From NCBI GenBank assembly GCA_944323245.1, contig CALURT010000013.1, positions 274-64,273 on the forward strand: a stretch of 64,000 nucleotides of DNA, read 5' to 3'. Below the pieces are notes generated by a model, which was not told the origin of the DNA, made no database searches, and saw only the letters and a list, made by a program, of their open reading frames with translations. Below are positions 30,066 through 38,747 of the stretch, piece after piece. The translations under genes and the position numbers were made by a program. The stretch's first letter is position 1. Each line of letters starts with the position of its first letter. Source of the DNA: an uncultured Bacteroidales bacterium. GTDB taxonomy: Bacteria > Bacteroidota > Bacteroidia > Bacteroidales > UBA932.

Positions 30066-31643
30066 ATGCCACAATCTACACAAACCTACAGACGTTCCCT
30101 TGCCGGCTCGGTCGGAGCCGGAATGAAATCGGTCTTCGGAGGAAGCGGCCGGCGGTTCTATACCTTGGTACACAAAGTATCCAGCAAATACCACAAGGCC
30201 GGAGAAGCCCAGCAGATCATCGTCGACCAGATAGAGATCGGACGCGACCCTCTCTGCCAAGTCAGGTTCGACGAGTCATTCGTTACGGTCAGCCGCCGCC
30301 ATGCGGCCATAGTCAAGGACGGCGACAACTGGAAACTCATCCAACTCTCGCAGACCAACTCCACCTATCTCAACGGCCACAAGGTCCAGAAAGAATGGTA
30401 TCTTCAGAACGGAGACGAAATTCAGCTCTCCACAAACGGACCGAAACTCGGGTTCATCATACCCGAAGGCAAGAAAGGACTTGTCAGCAGTATCAACCTG
30501 ACTGCCCGTCTCAATCTGTTCCGCCAGCAGGCTCTGCGTCCGTATAAAAATGCCATTACGGCATTGGCGTGCCTTCTCGTCGCCGGTGCAGGAGTTGCCG
30601 GTGCGCTGATATACAGCCAGCACAAGGAAATCAGCGAACTGAACAGGATGTACGTACAGGCGCAGGATGTAATAGAATCCGTCAAAAGAGAAAACAATGA
30701 ACTCGGTAAGGCCTTCGAAGACATGGAGGAAAAAGCCCGTCAGCAGGACTCCATAATAGATGCCGGCCGAAAGGAAATCAACCGCATCAAATCGGCTTCC
30801 CCTCAGGCCAACGTGGCCCGGCTCATCGAGTCCGTGCGGTCAAGCGTCTATTTTATCGTGACCACGGTATATGTCAGGATAGGAAATGAAACGCAGGCAA
30901 TCGGAGCAAGCAGCGGAACAGGATTCCTGCTCAAGGACGGCAGATTCGTGACGGCCCGGCATTGCGTGGAGCCATGGCTGTTCGGAGGAGACATCGAGCT
31001 CAATGTAATGAACGAATCCTATGACAATGTCACCGTATGGTCGGAGATCAAGGCTTATGGAGTGAAGAACGATGACTTTACCCTACGCAGTTCGGACTTT
31101 ACCATTGACCGCAGCATGGATGTCATGTTGAACGCCGGTACGGATGACTACGGAAATCCGATGAAAATGAGATTGGCTTACTATTACGAATACACGGACC
31201 CGGAAACAGGGAAAGTCACGAAATACGGGGACATCAGAATGGGAGGCACGGACTGGGCAGTCGCAAGGACAGCCAAACGCGGGACAATCGAAGCTGACGC
31301 CAACCTTTCAGCATCCTTGACACAGGGAACTGAAGTCCATGTGCTCGGATTCCCTGCCGGTTTGGGTGCAGGAGACGGACAAAGCCGTATCGAACCGATA
31401 TATAACAAGATGAATGTGGCACGCAACGGGCTGAACAGGCAGGGCTGCATTATGGTAAGCCAGGGCGTGGCCCACGGAAATTCCGGCGGCCCGGTATTTT
31501 CCGTCAAAGACGGCAGGATTTATGCTGTCGCCATCGTCTCAAAACTCGAATCCGCCACGCAGCAATACAATGACAGCGGAACAGCCATAACACAACAGCA
31601 ACAGCAATATGACCAATTGGTCCCTATAAGGAACATACGATGA
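30066..31643 (+). CDS. FHA - TM - coiled coil - trypsin-like serine protease
   Basis: FHA motifs IGR, VSRRH, NSTYLNG; TM AITALACLLVAGAGVAGALIY; catalytic triad motifs TARHC, TDWAV, GNSGGP. Confidence 0.88.
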   Translation: MPQSTQTYRRSLAGSVGAGMKSVFGGSGRRFYTLVHKVSSKYHKAGEAQQIIVDQIEIGRDPLCQVRFDESFVTVSRRHAAIVKDGDNWKLIQLSQTNSTYLNGHKVQKEWYLQNGDEIQLSTNGPKLGFIIPEGKKGLVSSINLTARLNLFRQQALRPYKNAITALACLLVAGAGVAGALIYSQHKEISELNRMYVQAQDVIESVKRENNELGKAFEDMEEKARQQDSIIDAGRKEINRIKSASPQANVARLIESVRSSVYFIVTTVYVRIGNETQAIGASSGTGFLLKDGRFVTARHCVEPWLFGGDIELNVMNESYDNVTVWSEIKAYGVKNDDFTLRSSDFTIDRSMDVMLNAGTDDYGNPMKMRLAYYYEYTDPETGKVTKYGDIRMGGTDWAVARTAKRGTIEADANLSASLTQGTEVHVLGFPAGLGAGDGQSRIEPIYNKMNVARNGLNRQGCIMVSQGVAHGNSGGPVFSVKDGRIYAVAIVSKLESATQQYNDSGTAITQQQQQYDQLVPIRNIR

Positions 31644-32497
31644 AATCACTGACAGCAACATTGGCCCTGTCATTCATCACATTGACAGGATTTGCCCAAA
31701 TCTCGTTTCAGACAAACAACCAGCAGATTATCGAAGACGCCGTAGCCGGAGGTCTCCTGATCGTCCGTCAGGAATATCAGTTGGAGGATACGGTGTCCAT
31801 GAAGCGTTATACTTGGAACAACCGTCCCGAATTCGGCAGTACCCTTTCGTTCTGCGTGCTCGCGGAAAACGGATATGTCATCTCCAATTCCGTCCTCAAG
31901 CCATGGATGCATGACCCCAAATTCGACAAATACAAGGATTCCGCATATCGCCCGGTACTCACTGACACATGGTACAAGTCCGCTGCCTCAAGGGATTTCC
32001 GCAAGGCGGACTGCGTTGCAACGGACGACACCGTACATTTGTCCGACTCAAGTTTGGTTTATGTCAAGGACACTCTTTTCGGACAGGGCTTTGCAATTGA
32101 CACTATGCCCGGGACAAAGGACGGCTGGATAGTATGGCTGACTTCCAAAGATGAGGAGAGCATCGGATCCGACTCCCTTATGCTGATAACTTATCGCCAC
32201 AAACTGACCGTACTGGCAGACAGGGACATTTACGAAATCCCTGCCCCGACCTCATCAAGATACGTCATCGGAGGTGTCTATGTGGAACCGGGATACACCG
32301 GCATAGGCAAAATTGAATTCCGACTCGCTGGAATAATCGTGAAAAACGGAGAAAAGTGGCAGATGTGCAAAATATGCCGGACGAAAAAGGCAGGCAATGA
32401 AAGCACCCTGTCCGAAGATACCGGGACACTGACTCCGGCAGCATCGGAAACGCATGGAATGGAAGAAACAAAAGAACAAGGTCATGAAAAAGATTAA
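31640..32497 (+). CDS. Secreted hypothetical protein, possibly a catalytically inactive trypsin-fold protein
   Basis: Signal peptide; 4-nt overlap with the upstream stop; loose similarity to the neighbouring protease without catalytic His/Ser. Confidence 0.6.
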   Translation: MKSLTATLALSFITLTGFAQISFQTNNQQIIEDAVAGGLLIVRQEYQLEDTVSMKRYTWNNRPEFGSTLSFCVLAENGYVISNSVLKPWMHDPKFDKYKDSAYRPVLTDTWYKSAASRDFRKADCVATDDTVHLSDSSLVYVKDTLFGQGFAIDTMPGTKDGWIVWLTSKDEESIGSDSLMLITYRHKLTVLADRDIYEIPAPTSSRYVIGGVYVEPGYTGIGKIEFRLAGIIVKNGEKWQMCKICRTKKAGNESTLSEDTGTLTPAASETHGMEETKEQGHEKD

Positions 32498-33776
32498 GTT
32501 CAGGTTAGCTGCATATACCGATGCAGCGGGCAAAAGGAACGATGTCCCTCCCCTTTATGGCAACGAGGACAATTTTTACGTGGACGCAGACCTGTCGGAA
32601 GAGCCGCAGGGAGAATTTTCTTCCGACGAGGAAAAGGCCCTGTCCGATTACGGTTCGCTCTTGGTCATTGCAGACGGCATGGGCGGGATGAATGCCGGAG
32701 AAGTCGCATCCGAAATAGCCGTCCGTACCGTCAAGGAATGTTTCGCACATAAAAATCTGACTGACCGGATCGTCGCAGACGCTGAATCGAGGGAACGCTA
32801 TATGGAGCATGTCGTGGAGGAAGCGGATGCTGCAATCAAGGCCCGTTCGCAGGAAAACAAGGAATGCGAAGGGATGGGAAGCACCATAATCATGGTATGG
32901 ATATGCGACGGAGTTGCTTCCGTCACATGGTGCGGCGACAGCAGGGCATACCTGTTCCGTGAACCGAAAGGCATAGCGCAAATCTCGAAAGACCATTCTT
33001 ATGTGCAGTCCCTTGTAGACGACGGCAAAATTACCGAAGAAGAGGCGTTTGACCACCCTTATGGGAACATCATTACACGGAGCCTCGGAGATCCGGAGAA
33101 AAAGGCAAAGGCTGACAGCGTGACTGTGCCTTTGTACAAGGGGGACATAATTCTGGTCTGCAGTGACGGCTTGAGCGGAGTTCTGCGGGACCATCCTTTG
33201 TCCGACGGCACACCTGCGGCAAATCTCGAAGAAATCATACGCTCCAACCGCTCTTCGATGCAGTCCTGCCGAGAAGCCCTGTTCTCTGCTGCCGAACAGG
33301 CCGACTGGTATGACAACGTGACCGCAATCCTGTATGAGATTACGGACGGGGCTGCGGCTCCGGAACCTGAATGTGACAAGGCAGGAACTGAAACCGCCGT
33401 CAGCAAGAGTTTCATCAATATCAGAATCAGCAAAAAAAGGCTTCTGTACTGGATCATTGCACTGATTGCGGTTGCAGCCGTCGCCTGCGGCGGATTTTTC
33501 GGGATAAAGTTCCTGAAAGAAACGGACCAGCCGGCACCTGTGGAGGAGCAACTGCAGCAACCGGTTCCTGAAAATCCCGGCACGCAAGTACCTGCTCCAG
33601 GAGAATCTCAGGACGAACCTTCGGCTTCTGCCTCCGTTGATGTCTCCGCTCCCCTGACTGACGAAAAAATCTCAGGCAATAGTCTGACACCGGTGACTGA
33701 CTCAATCAATAGTCTGACACCGGCAACTGATTCAATCAATGGACTTACACCTGCCCCTGAACCTCAAAGACAATAA
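32484..33776 (+). CDS. PP2C-family Ser/Thr phosphatase with C-terminal TM and low-complexity tail
   Basis: IADGMGG, CGDSRAY, CSDGL, DNVT; TM LLYWIIALIAVAAVACGGFFGI; start re-called at ATG 32484. Confidence 0.9.
   Translation: MKKIKFRLAAYTDAAGKRNDVPPLYGNEDNFYVDADLSEEPQGEFSSDEEKALSDYGSLLVIADGMGGMNAGEVASEIAVRTVKECFAHKNLTDRIVADAESRERYMEHVVEEADAAIKARSQENKECEGMGSTIIMVWICDGVASVTWCGDSRAYLFREPKGIAQISKDHSYVQSLVDDGKITEEEAFDHPYGNIITRSLGDPEKKAKADSVTVPLYKGDIILVCSDGLSGVLRDHPLSDGTPAANLEEIIRSNRSSMQSCREALFSAAEQADWYDNVTAILYEITDGAAAPEPECDKAGTETAVSKSFINIRISKKRLLYWIIALIAVAAVACGGFFGIKFLKETDQPAPVEEQLQQPVPENPGTQVPAPGESQDEPSASASVDVSAPLTDEKISGNSLTPVTDSINSLTPATDSINGLTPAPEPQRQ
33678..33757 (+). repeat. 30-bp coding tandem repeat (~2.7 copies) in PP2C tail
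   Basis: AATAGTCTGACACCGG(TG/CA)ACTGA(C/T)TCAATC twice plus a degenerate third copy; encodes NSLTPVTDSI NSLTPATDSI NGLTP. Confidence 0.85.
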
Positions 33777-34709
33777 CTATGGAACTGCAACCCGGAACAT
33801 TGTTCAACGACCGCTACCGCCTGATCATGGAAATCAGCCGGGGCTCGTTCGGCGAGGTCTGGCTCGCCCAGGACGAACGCCTCGACCTCGAAGTGGCGGT
33901 AAAAGTGTACATCGCCCTCGACAGCAGAGGAATCGAGGAGTTCAAGACCGAGTACAAGGTCGCATATACTCTCAACCATCCGAATCTTCTCCATGCACAT
34001 CATTTCGATGTCTGCGGGAACAGGCCTTTCCTCGTGATGCCGTTCTGCCCTTCCTCGGCGGTCGCACATATCGGACAGACAGACGAACAGACAGCATGGA
34101 GGTTCATCAGGGATGTCGCTGCTGGTCTCGATTTCCTTCACGGGCAGAACATCGTACACCGGGATATAAAACCCGACAACATCCTGTGTGATGCCGAAGG
34201 ACATTTCCTCATCACGGACTTCGGAATCAGCGTGAAGATGAAAAGCACATTGCGCAGGAACTCAACCCGAAAGCTCGAATCAAACGCCGCAGGGACTATC
34301 GGATACATGGCCCCGGAACTCTTTTCCTCGAATCCGGACGCAGTGATGGCCACTGACATCTGGGCTTTGGGGGCTTCCCTGTATGAAATGATTACAGGGG
34401 AACTTCCGTTCATGGGACAAGGAGGCGTAATGCAGCTCCACGGGGCAGAAGTCCCTGAACTGAAAGGGGATTTTTCCCAGTCCCTGAAGGAGACCCTCGC
34501 TGCATGCCTTGCGAAAGACCCATGGGACAGGCCGACCGCCGACAGACTCAATGAATTCGCCAAGGCCGTCCTCGATGGAGGCTGCCCCTCCGCCCCGTGG
34601 ATAGAATCCGCAGCGAAAAAAAGAGAGTCGAAAAGTACCGTCAAAACCTCCCGCCGGACCGTGAAACAGGATTCTCCGAAGCCTGTCCCCACCGCCACGA
34701 ACGCCACAG
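33775..34709 (+). repeat. Kinase-module direct repeat, copy 2 (partner 28463-29397)
   Basis: Near-identical to 28463-29397. Confidence 0.92.
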
Positions 34710-35938
34710 TCCCGTATTCCGGCGACATGAATGACGGCCCGGTCATAAGGGAACGCAACTGGTTCGTAAACGTGTGTATATGGCTCTCTATCGTGGCGAG
34801 TGTATTGTACACTGCAATCTATTGCATTTTGACTATCAACAACTATGAATATACAGGAGCGTCCCGTGCAGCAGCGGTGTGCAGCACATTGTCCGCGATT
34901 GCCGGATGGATGGTCTGGAAATACAATCGTCTCGGACTTTGGCTGTATCTTGTCGCCCAATGTGTAATTTATGTTGTCATGCCACTTAAGATCACCGGCA
35001 TGACTATTCTCTGGCCCGGCACTATAATCGGAGCGGTCTTCGTCATCGGGATTTTTCTGATACGCAGGAACGGGATTTCCACATGGAAACTCATGGATTA
35101 CAGGATAAGAGGCATAAGCACGTATATTGTAGCAGCTATAGGAGCGGTTGCCATGATTGTGTCGATGGTAATTCCGAACGGAGCGGTCATAGGCGCCCGC
35201 AAAAGTATTGAAAAATACCTGCTCAATGTCGGCGAATGCAAAGAGATAATAGCTCAGGAACAGCCTTCTGCAGAGTCACTGATAGACGCAAAGAGAATCC
35301 TTGAGAGAATCGAGAGCGATGATGTCCGTTATAGAGACATCGACAGTCGTTACTCGGAAAGTCCGGCACTCAAAAATGCCCTGAAAGACAAGACAGAAGC
35401 TGTCGCAGAACAGTGGGCGACAGCCGCCAAGTCACAGACACGAATCGGAAACACTGACAAGGCGGCCGAATTCCTGTCAACCGCCTTGCTGTTGGACGAA
35501 AAATACAGGCCGGATTTCGAAAAGGCGGCTGAAAAGGTGGGGTACATGAAGCCGCTGTCTATAGAATTGAAGACAGACGGCGGGGAATGGGGAGAAATTC
35601 TCTACGCCGACAAAATCAGATACCTATACCCGAGGCTTACGTACAAATCATTGGATTCCAAAGAAAATCATGACGTCAAGCTGATTGTGAAAATATACAA
35701 CAACGGACAACTGAAATACAATGCTTCAGAATACTCATCCTCCTATAGTTACAGTGAAGACATTACGGTAGATTCAGCGGGAGGAAGATGTGAACTGACA
35801 GGCTGGGGCAGCGATAAGGGTGGCGTATATTCGGCCGGCCCACTCCTCGTGGAAGTGTGGTGCAATGGCAACAAACTGATAAGCAAGTCAGCCACAATAT
35901 ACAACAGCGACCTTCGTCCCAACTACATTGGTGATTAA
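33779..35938 (+). CDS. Membrane Ser/Thr protein kinase B (kinase + multi-TM + extracytoplasmic domain)
   Basis: Same kinase motifs as kinase A; about five TM segments, then a helical region and a beta-rich C-terminal domain (LTGWGS...VEVWCNG). Confidence 0.9.
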   Translation: MELQPGTLFNDRYRLIMEISRGSFGEVWLAQDERLDLEVAVKVYIALDSRGIEEFKTEYKVAYTLNHPNLLHAHHFDVCGNRPFLVMPFCPSSAVAHIGQTDEQTAWRFIRDVAAGLDFLHGQNIVHRDIKPDNILCDAEGHFLITDFGISVKMKSTLRRNSTRKLESNAAGTIGYMAPELFSSNPDAVMATDIWALGASLYEMITGELPFMGQGGVMQLHGAEVPELKGDFSQSLKETLAACLAKDPWDRPTADRLNEFAKAVLDGGCPSAPWIESAAKKRESKSTVKTSRRTVKQDSPKPVPTATNATVPYSGDMNDGPVIRERNWFVNVCIWLSIVASVLYTAIYCILTINNYEYTGASRAAAVCSTLSAIAGWMVWKYNRLGLWLYLVAQCVIYVVMPLKITGMTILWPGTIIGAVFVIGIFLIRRNGISTWKLMDYRIRGISTYIVAAIGAVAMIVSMVIPNGAVIGARKSIEKYLLNVGECKEIIAQEQPSAESLIDAKRILERIESDDVRYRDIDSRYSESPALKNALKDKTEAVAEQWATAAKSQTRIGNTDKAAEFLSTALLLDEKYRPDFEKAAEKVGYMKPLSIELKTDGGEWGEILYADKIRYLYPRLTYKSLDSKENHDVKLIVKIYNNGQLKYNASEYSSSYSYSEDITVDSAGGRCELTGWGSDKGGVYSAGPLLVEVWCNGNKLISKSATIYNSDLRPNYIGD

Positions 35939-35942
35939 GAGT

Positions 35943-37076
35943 TCAACGAACGTGTACCAATTCATACCGGCGGGTACCGAGGCCGATTTTCTCGGCATGG
36001 GCAAGGCATGACTTGTACTCGGTATTCGGGTTCGTATTGTCGAAATGGTCATGATGGTCATGGAAACCGGGACGTTGCATTTCATCCGTCAGCTGGCTTC
36101 CCGGAAGAGGTGTCTGTTTCAGGCATGCGTCCACGCAGGCCTGGTCCAAAGCCAAAGGATCGGATGAGGCGAACATTCCCACGTCAGGGATGATAGGAGT
36201 GTCGTTGCCGGAATGGCAGTCGCATGTCGGGGATACATCGCAAATCAGCGAAATATGGAAATTCGGTCTCCCCTGCACCACGGCCTTGGCATATTCCGCC
36301 ATCCTGCAGTTCAGTTCCCTGATGGCTGCATCCTGGGCGAAGTCTATTGCATCGAAGTTGCAGGCTCCTATGCAGCGTCCGCATCCGACGCAATTCTCCT
36401 CGTTTATTGTCATTTTCCTGCGCTCCGCGTCGAATACGAGTCCGTCGTTGGCGCATTCCTTCAGGCAGGCCTTGCATCCGCGGCATTTGCTTTCGTCTAT
36501 CACGGCCTTGCCGTTGCAATGCTGTTCCTTCTTTCCGGCCCTCGAACCGCAGCCCATGCCTATGTTCTTGATTGTGCCGCCGAATCCCGTCATTTCGTGC
36601 CCCTTGAAATGCGTCAGGGAGATGAAGATATCGGCATCCATGACGGCTCGGCCTATTTTGGCAGACTTGACATATTCCCCGTTCTCCACAGGAACTTCTA
36701 TGTCATCCGTACCTTTCAATCCGTCACCGATAATGACAGGGCAGCCTGCCGACAAAGGCGTGAATCCGTTTTCCCATGCGCAATACAGGTGTTCAAGGGC
36801 GTTTTTCCTGCTTCCCGGATACAGGGTATTGCAATCGGTCAGAAACGGTTTCCCTCCGCATTCCCTGACCATGTCCGCCACTGCCTTGGCATAGTTCGGC
36901 CTCAGATAGGTCATGTTTCCGAGTTCTCCGAAATGCATCTTTATCGCCACGAACTTCCCTTCCATGTCTATCTTGTCGATTCCCGCTGTTTTGATAAGTC
37001 GCTTCAATTTGTCAACCGGACCCTCGTCGGGCCTGCACCTGAAATCGGTGTAAAAAACTTTCGATACTTCGTTCAT
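35943..37076 (-). CDS. DUF362 family protein with 2x[4Fe-4S] ferredoxin domain
   Basis: VAIKMHFGE, HFKGHE, KNIGMGC, CRGCKAC and CVGCGRCIGAC clusters. Confidence 0.85.
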   Translation of the reverse strand: MNEVSKVFYTDFRCRPDEGPVDKLKRLIKTAGIDKIDMEGKFVAIKMHFGELGNMTYLRPNYAKAVADMVRECGGKPFLTDCNTLYPGSRKNALEHLYCAWENGFTPLSAGCPVIIGDGLKGTDDIEVPVENGEYVKSAKIGRAVMDADIFISLTHFKGHEMTGFGGTIKNIGMGCGSRAGKKEQHCNGKAVIDESKCRGCKACLKECANDGLVFDAERRKMTINEENCVGCGRCIGACNFDAIDFAQDAAIRELNCRMAEYAKAVVQGRPNFHISLICDVSPTCDCHSGNDTPIIPDVGMFASSDPLALDQACVDACLKQTPLPGSQLTDEMQRPGFHDHHDHFDNTNPNTEYKSCLAHAEKIGLGTRRYELVHVR

Positions 37077-37123
37077 TGTAATGTAAGAAATGTTGGAAAT
37101 CCAAAGATAATGGATTTTTCAAT

Positions 37124-38035
37124 TCATTGTACGGCTATTGTCTCATAAACAATGCGTGAAATTCCGGCAATCGCCGCTTCGCAGGCCTCTGCCGGTTCAT
37201 CGGCATTCTTCACGAACACCGCTATACAGTAATGCCTTCCGTCGGACAATTCCACTATTCCGACATCGTTGACTGCTGTCAGGCGTCCGGTTTCATCCGT
37301 ATCCCCCGTGCCTGTCTTGTGTGCGAGGACTGCATCCGAGCCTTCAAGACCTTTCTGCAGGCGGGCATTTCCGGTCGTGCATGAGAGCATTATTTCCATC
37401 AGCTCTCCTTGCATTTCCGGGCCGAGAATTTCTCCAGAATAGAGTTTTTCCAAAAGGTGTACGGCAGCAGCAGGCGAAGCCGTGTTGAAATATGAATTTC
37501 CGATATTTTCGTGCATCTGTGCCTCGGTCATGGATATGCTGAACCCGTCTATTCCGTATGAACGTATGCACGAATCCGTCTGTGCAGGAGTTACGAAGCG
37601 GCTGAAAAGGATGTCGCAGGCATTGTTGTCGCTCAATCCCAAGGAATACTCCAACAATTCCCTGACGGTCAGGTCAATATTACCTTCAGGAAAAGTATCC
37701 CGCAACGGGCTATAGGTGTTTTCCTGCAGGTCCTGCCGTGTAATATGCACAGTCTCGTCAAGAGACCTTCCGCTCCTTTCAAGGAAACCGCAGACCGCTA
37801 TCGCCTGAGGCAGTTTGACAACGCTCGCCAACGGATACTCCCCCGGCTCTCCCGCTACCGCCGATTCCCCGTCATACAACACTGCCACGCCGACCTCCGC
37901 ATCCACCTGAACTGCAATGGAATCTATCCGGCTTTCCAATTCCCCTGCATCAAATACGTTCCTGCTCCCGCAGGATACGGAAAGGATTCCCGCCACGCCC
38001 CACACTACCGCCGCAATCAAACATTTCAGCTTCAT
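37124..38035 (-). CDS. Class A (subclass A2-like) serine beta-lactamase, predicted lipoprotein
   Basis: SxxK (ASVVK), SDN, omega-loop EAQMH, HKTG; lipobox-like LSVS-C at aa 22. Confidence 0.85.
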   Translation of the reverse strand: MKLKCLIAAVVWGVAGILSVSCGSRNVFDAGELESRIDSIAVQVDAEVGVAVLYDGESAVAGEPGEYPLASVVKLPQAIAVCGFLERSGRSLDETVHITRQDLQENTYSPLRDTFPEGNIDLTVRELLEYSLGLSDNNACDILFSRFVTPAQTDSCIRSYGIDGFSISMTEAQMHENIGNSYFNTASPAAAVHLLEKLYSGEILGPEMQGELMEIMLSCTTGNARLQKGLEGSDAVLAHKTGTGDTDETGRLTAVNDVGIVELSDGRHYCIAVFVKNADEPAEACEAAIAGISRIVYETIAVQ

Positions 38036-38053
38036 AAACGATGAGATTTTTCA

Positions 38054-38090
38054 GTTTGTCAAAGATAAAGAATTTGAAAGCAATTCACAA
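38054..38090. repeat. 37-bp direct repeat, left copy; contains the minus-strand -7 box for the beta-lactamase
   Basis: GTTTGTCAAAGATAAAGAATTTGAAAGCAATTCACAA; one mismatch to 38914-38950; CAAAGATA (38060-38067) reads TATCTTTG on the minus strand. Confidence 0.85.
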
Positions 38091-38131
38091 CAAATTGTTG
38101 TATAATTATACAATTTTTGTATATTCGCAGA

Positions 38132-38464
38132 ATGAAACGGATAATTGCATATAAATGTTATTTCAGCGACTTCATAAATAAATTGTCGTATGATGAAATC
38201 CGGAAGATACAACGTGCCTTGGACTTGTTCAAAGTCGAGGAATTGATGCCACGGCATTTCATCAAGTATATCCGTGACGGGATTTATGAGTTCAGAGTGA
38301 CATGCAGACGCAATGAGTTCCGCATATTTTTCATTTATGACGGCGATACTATTGTAGTATTGTTCAACGCTTTCAAAAAGAAAACGCAGAAGATTCCAGA
38401 CACAGAAATCAGAAAGGCGATAAAATTAAAGGAGGAGTATTATGAAACTAAAGGAAATAAGTAA
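38132..38464 (+). CDS. Type II TA toxin, RelE/ParE superfamily (Gp49/DUF891-like)
   Basis: DGIYEFRV, FRIFF, VVLFNAFKKKTQK; precedes an HTH gene. Confidence 0.8.
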   Translation: MKRIIAYKCYFSDFINKLSYDEIRKIQRALDLFKVEELMPRHFIKYIRDGIYEFRVTCRRNEFRIFFIYDGDTIVVLFNAFKKKTQKIPDTEIRKAIKLKEEYYETKGNK

Positions 38465-38747
38465 GGACATTTACGATGTCGATGCCTGGCTCGACGAAGG
38501 CCTCGGCAAAGAAGGAACTCCGGAACGGGAGAAAAACAGGGAAAAGGCATGGGAGGAATACAATGCACAGATTCTCCTTGATGCAAGGAAGAACGCCCAT
38601 CTGACACAGGCGGAGCTTGCGGCTCGCATCGGTGCGGATAAATCATACATCTCACGAGTTGAACGCGGACTGACTGTCCCTTCCGTAGCCACACTTTATA
38701 AAATAGCTGCAGCAATGGGACTGACCGTGGAACTCCGCCCGATGTAA
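38442..38747 (+). CDS. XRE-family HTH antitoxin
   Basis: LTQAELAARIGADKSYISRVERG; overlaps the toxin 3' end. Confidence 0.85.
   Translation: MKLKEISKDIYDVDAWLDEGLGKEGTPEREKNREKAWEEYNAQILLDARKNAHLTQAELAARIGADKSYISRVERGLTVPSVATLYKIAAAMGLTVELRPM

Noticed and set aside
25559-35938. T6SS or TerY-phosphorylation-triad assignment for the kinase operon
   Set aside because: No Tss/Hcp/VgrG or vWA/TerY gene in or near the operon within this window.
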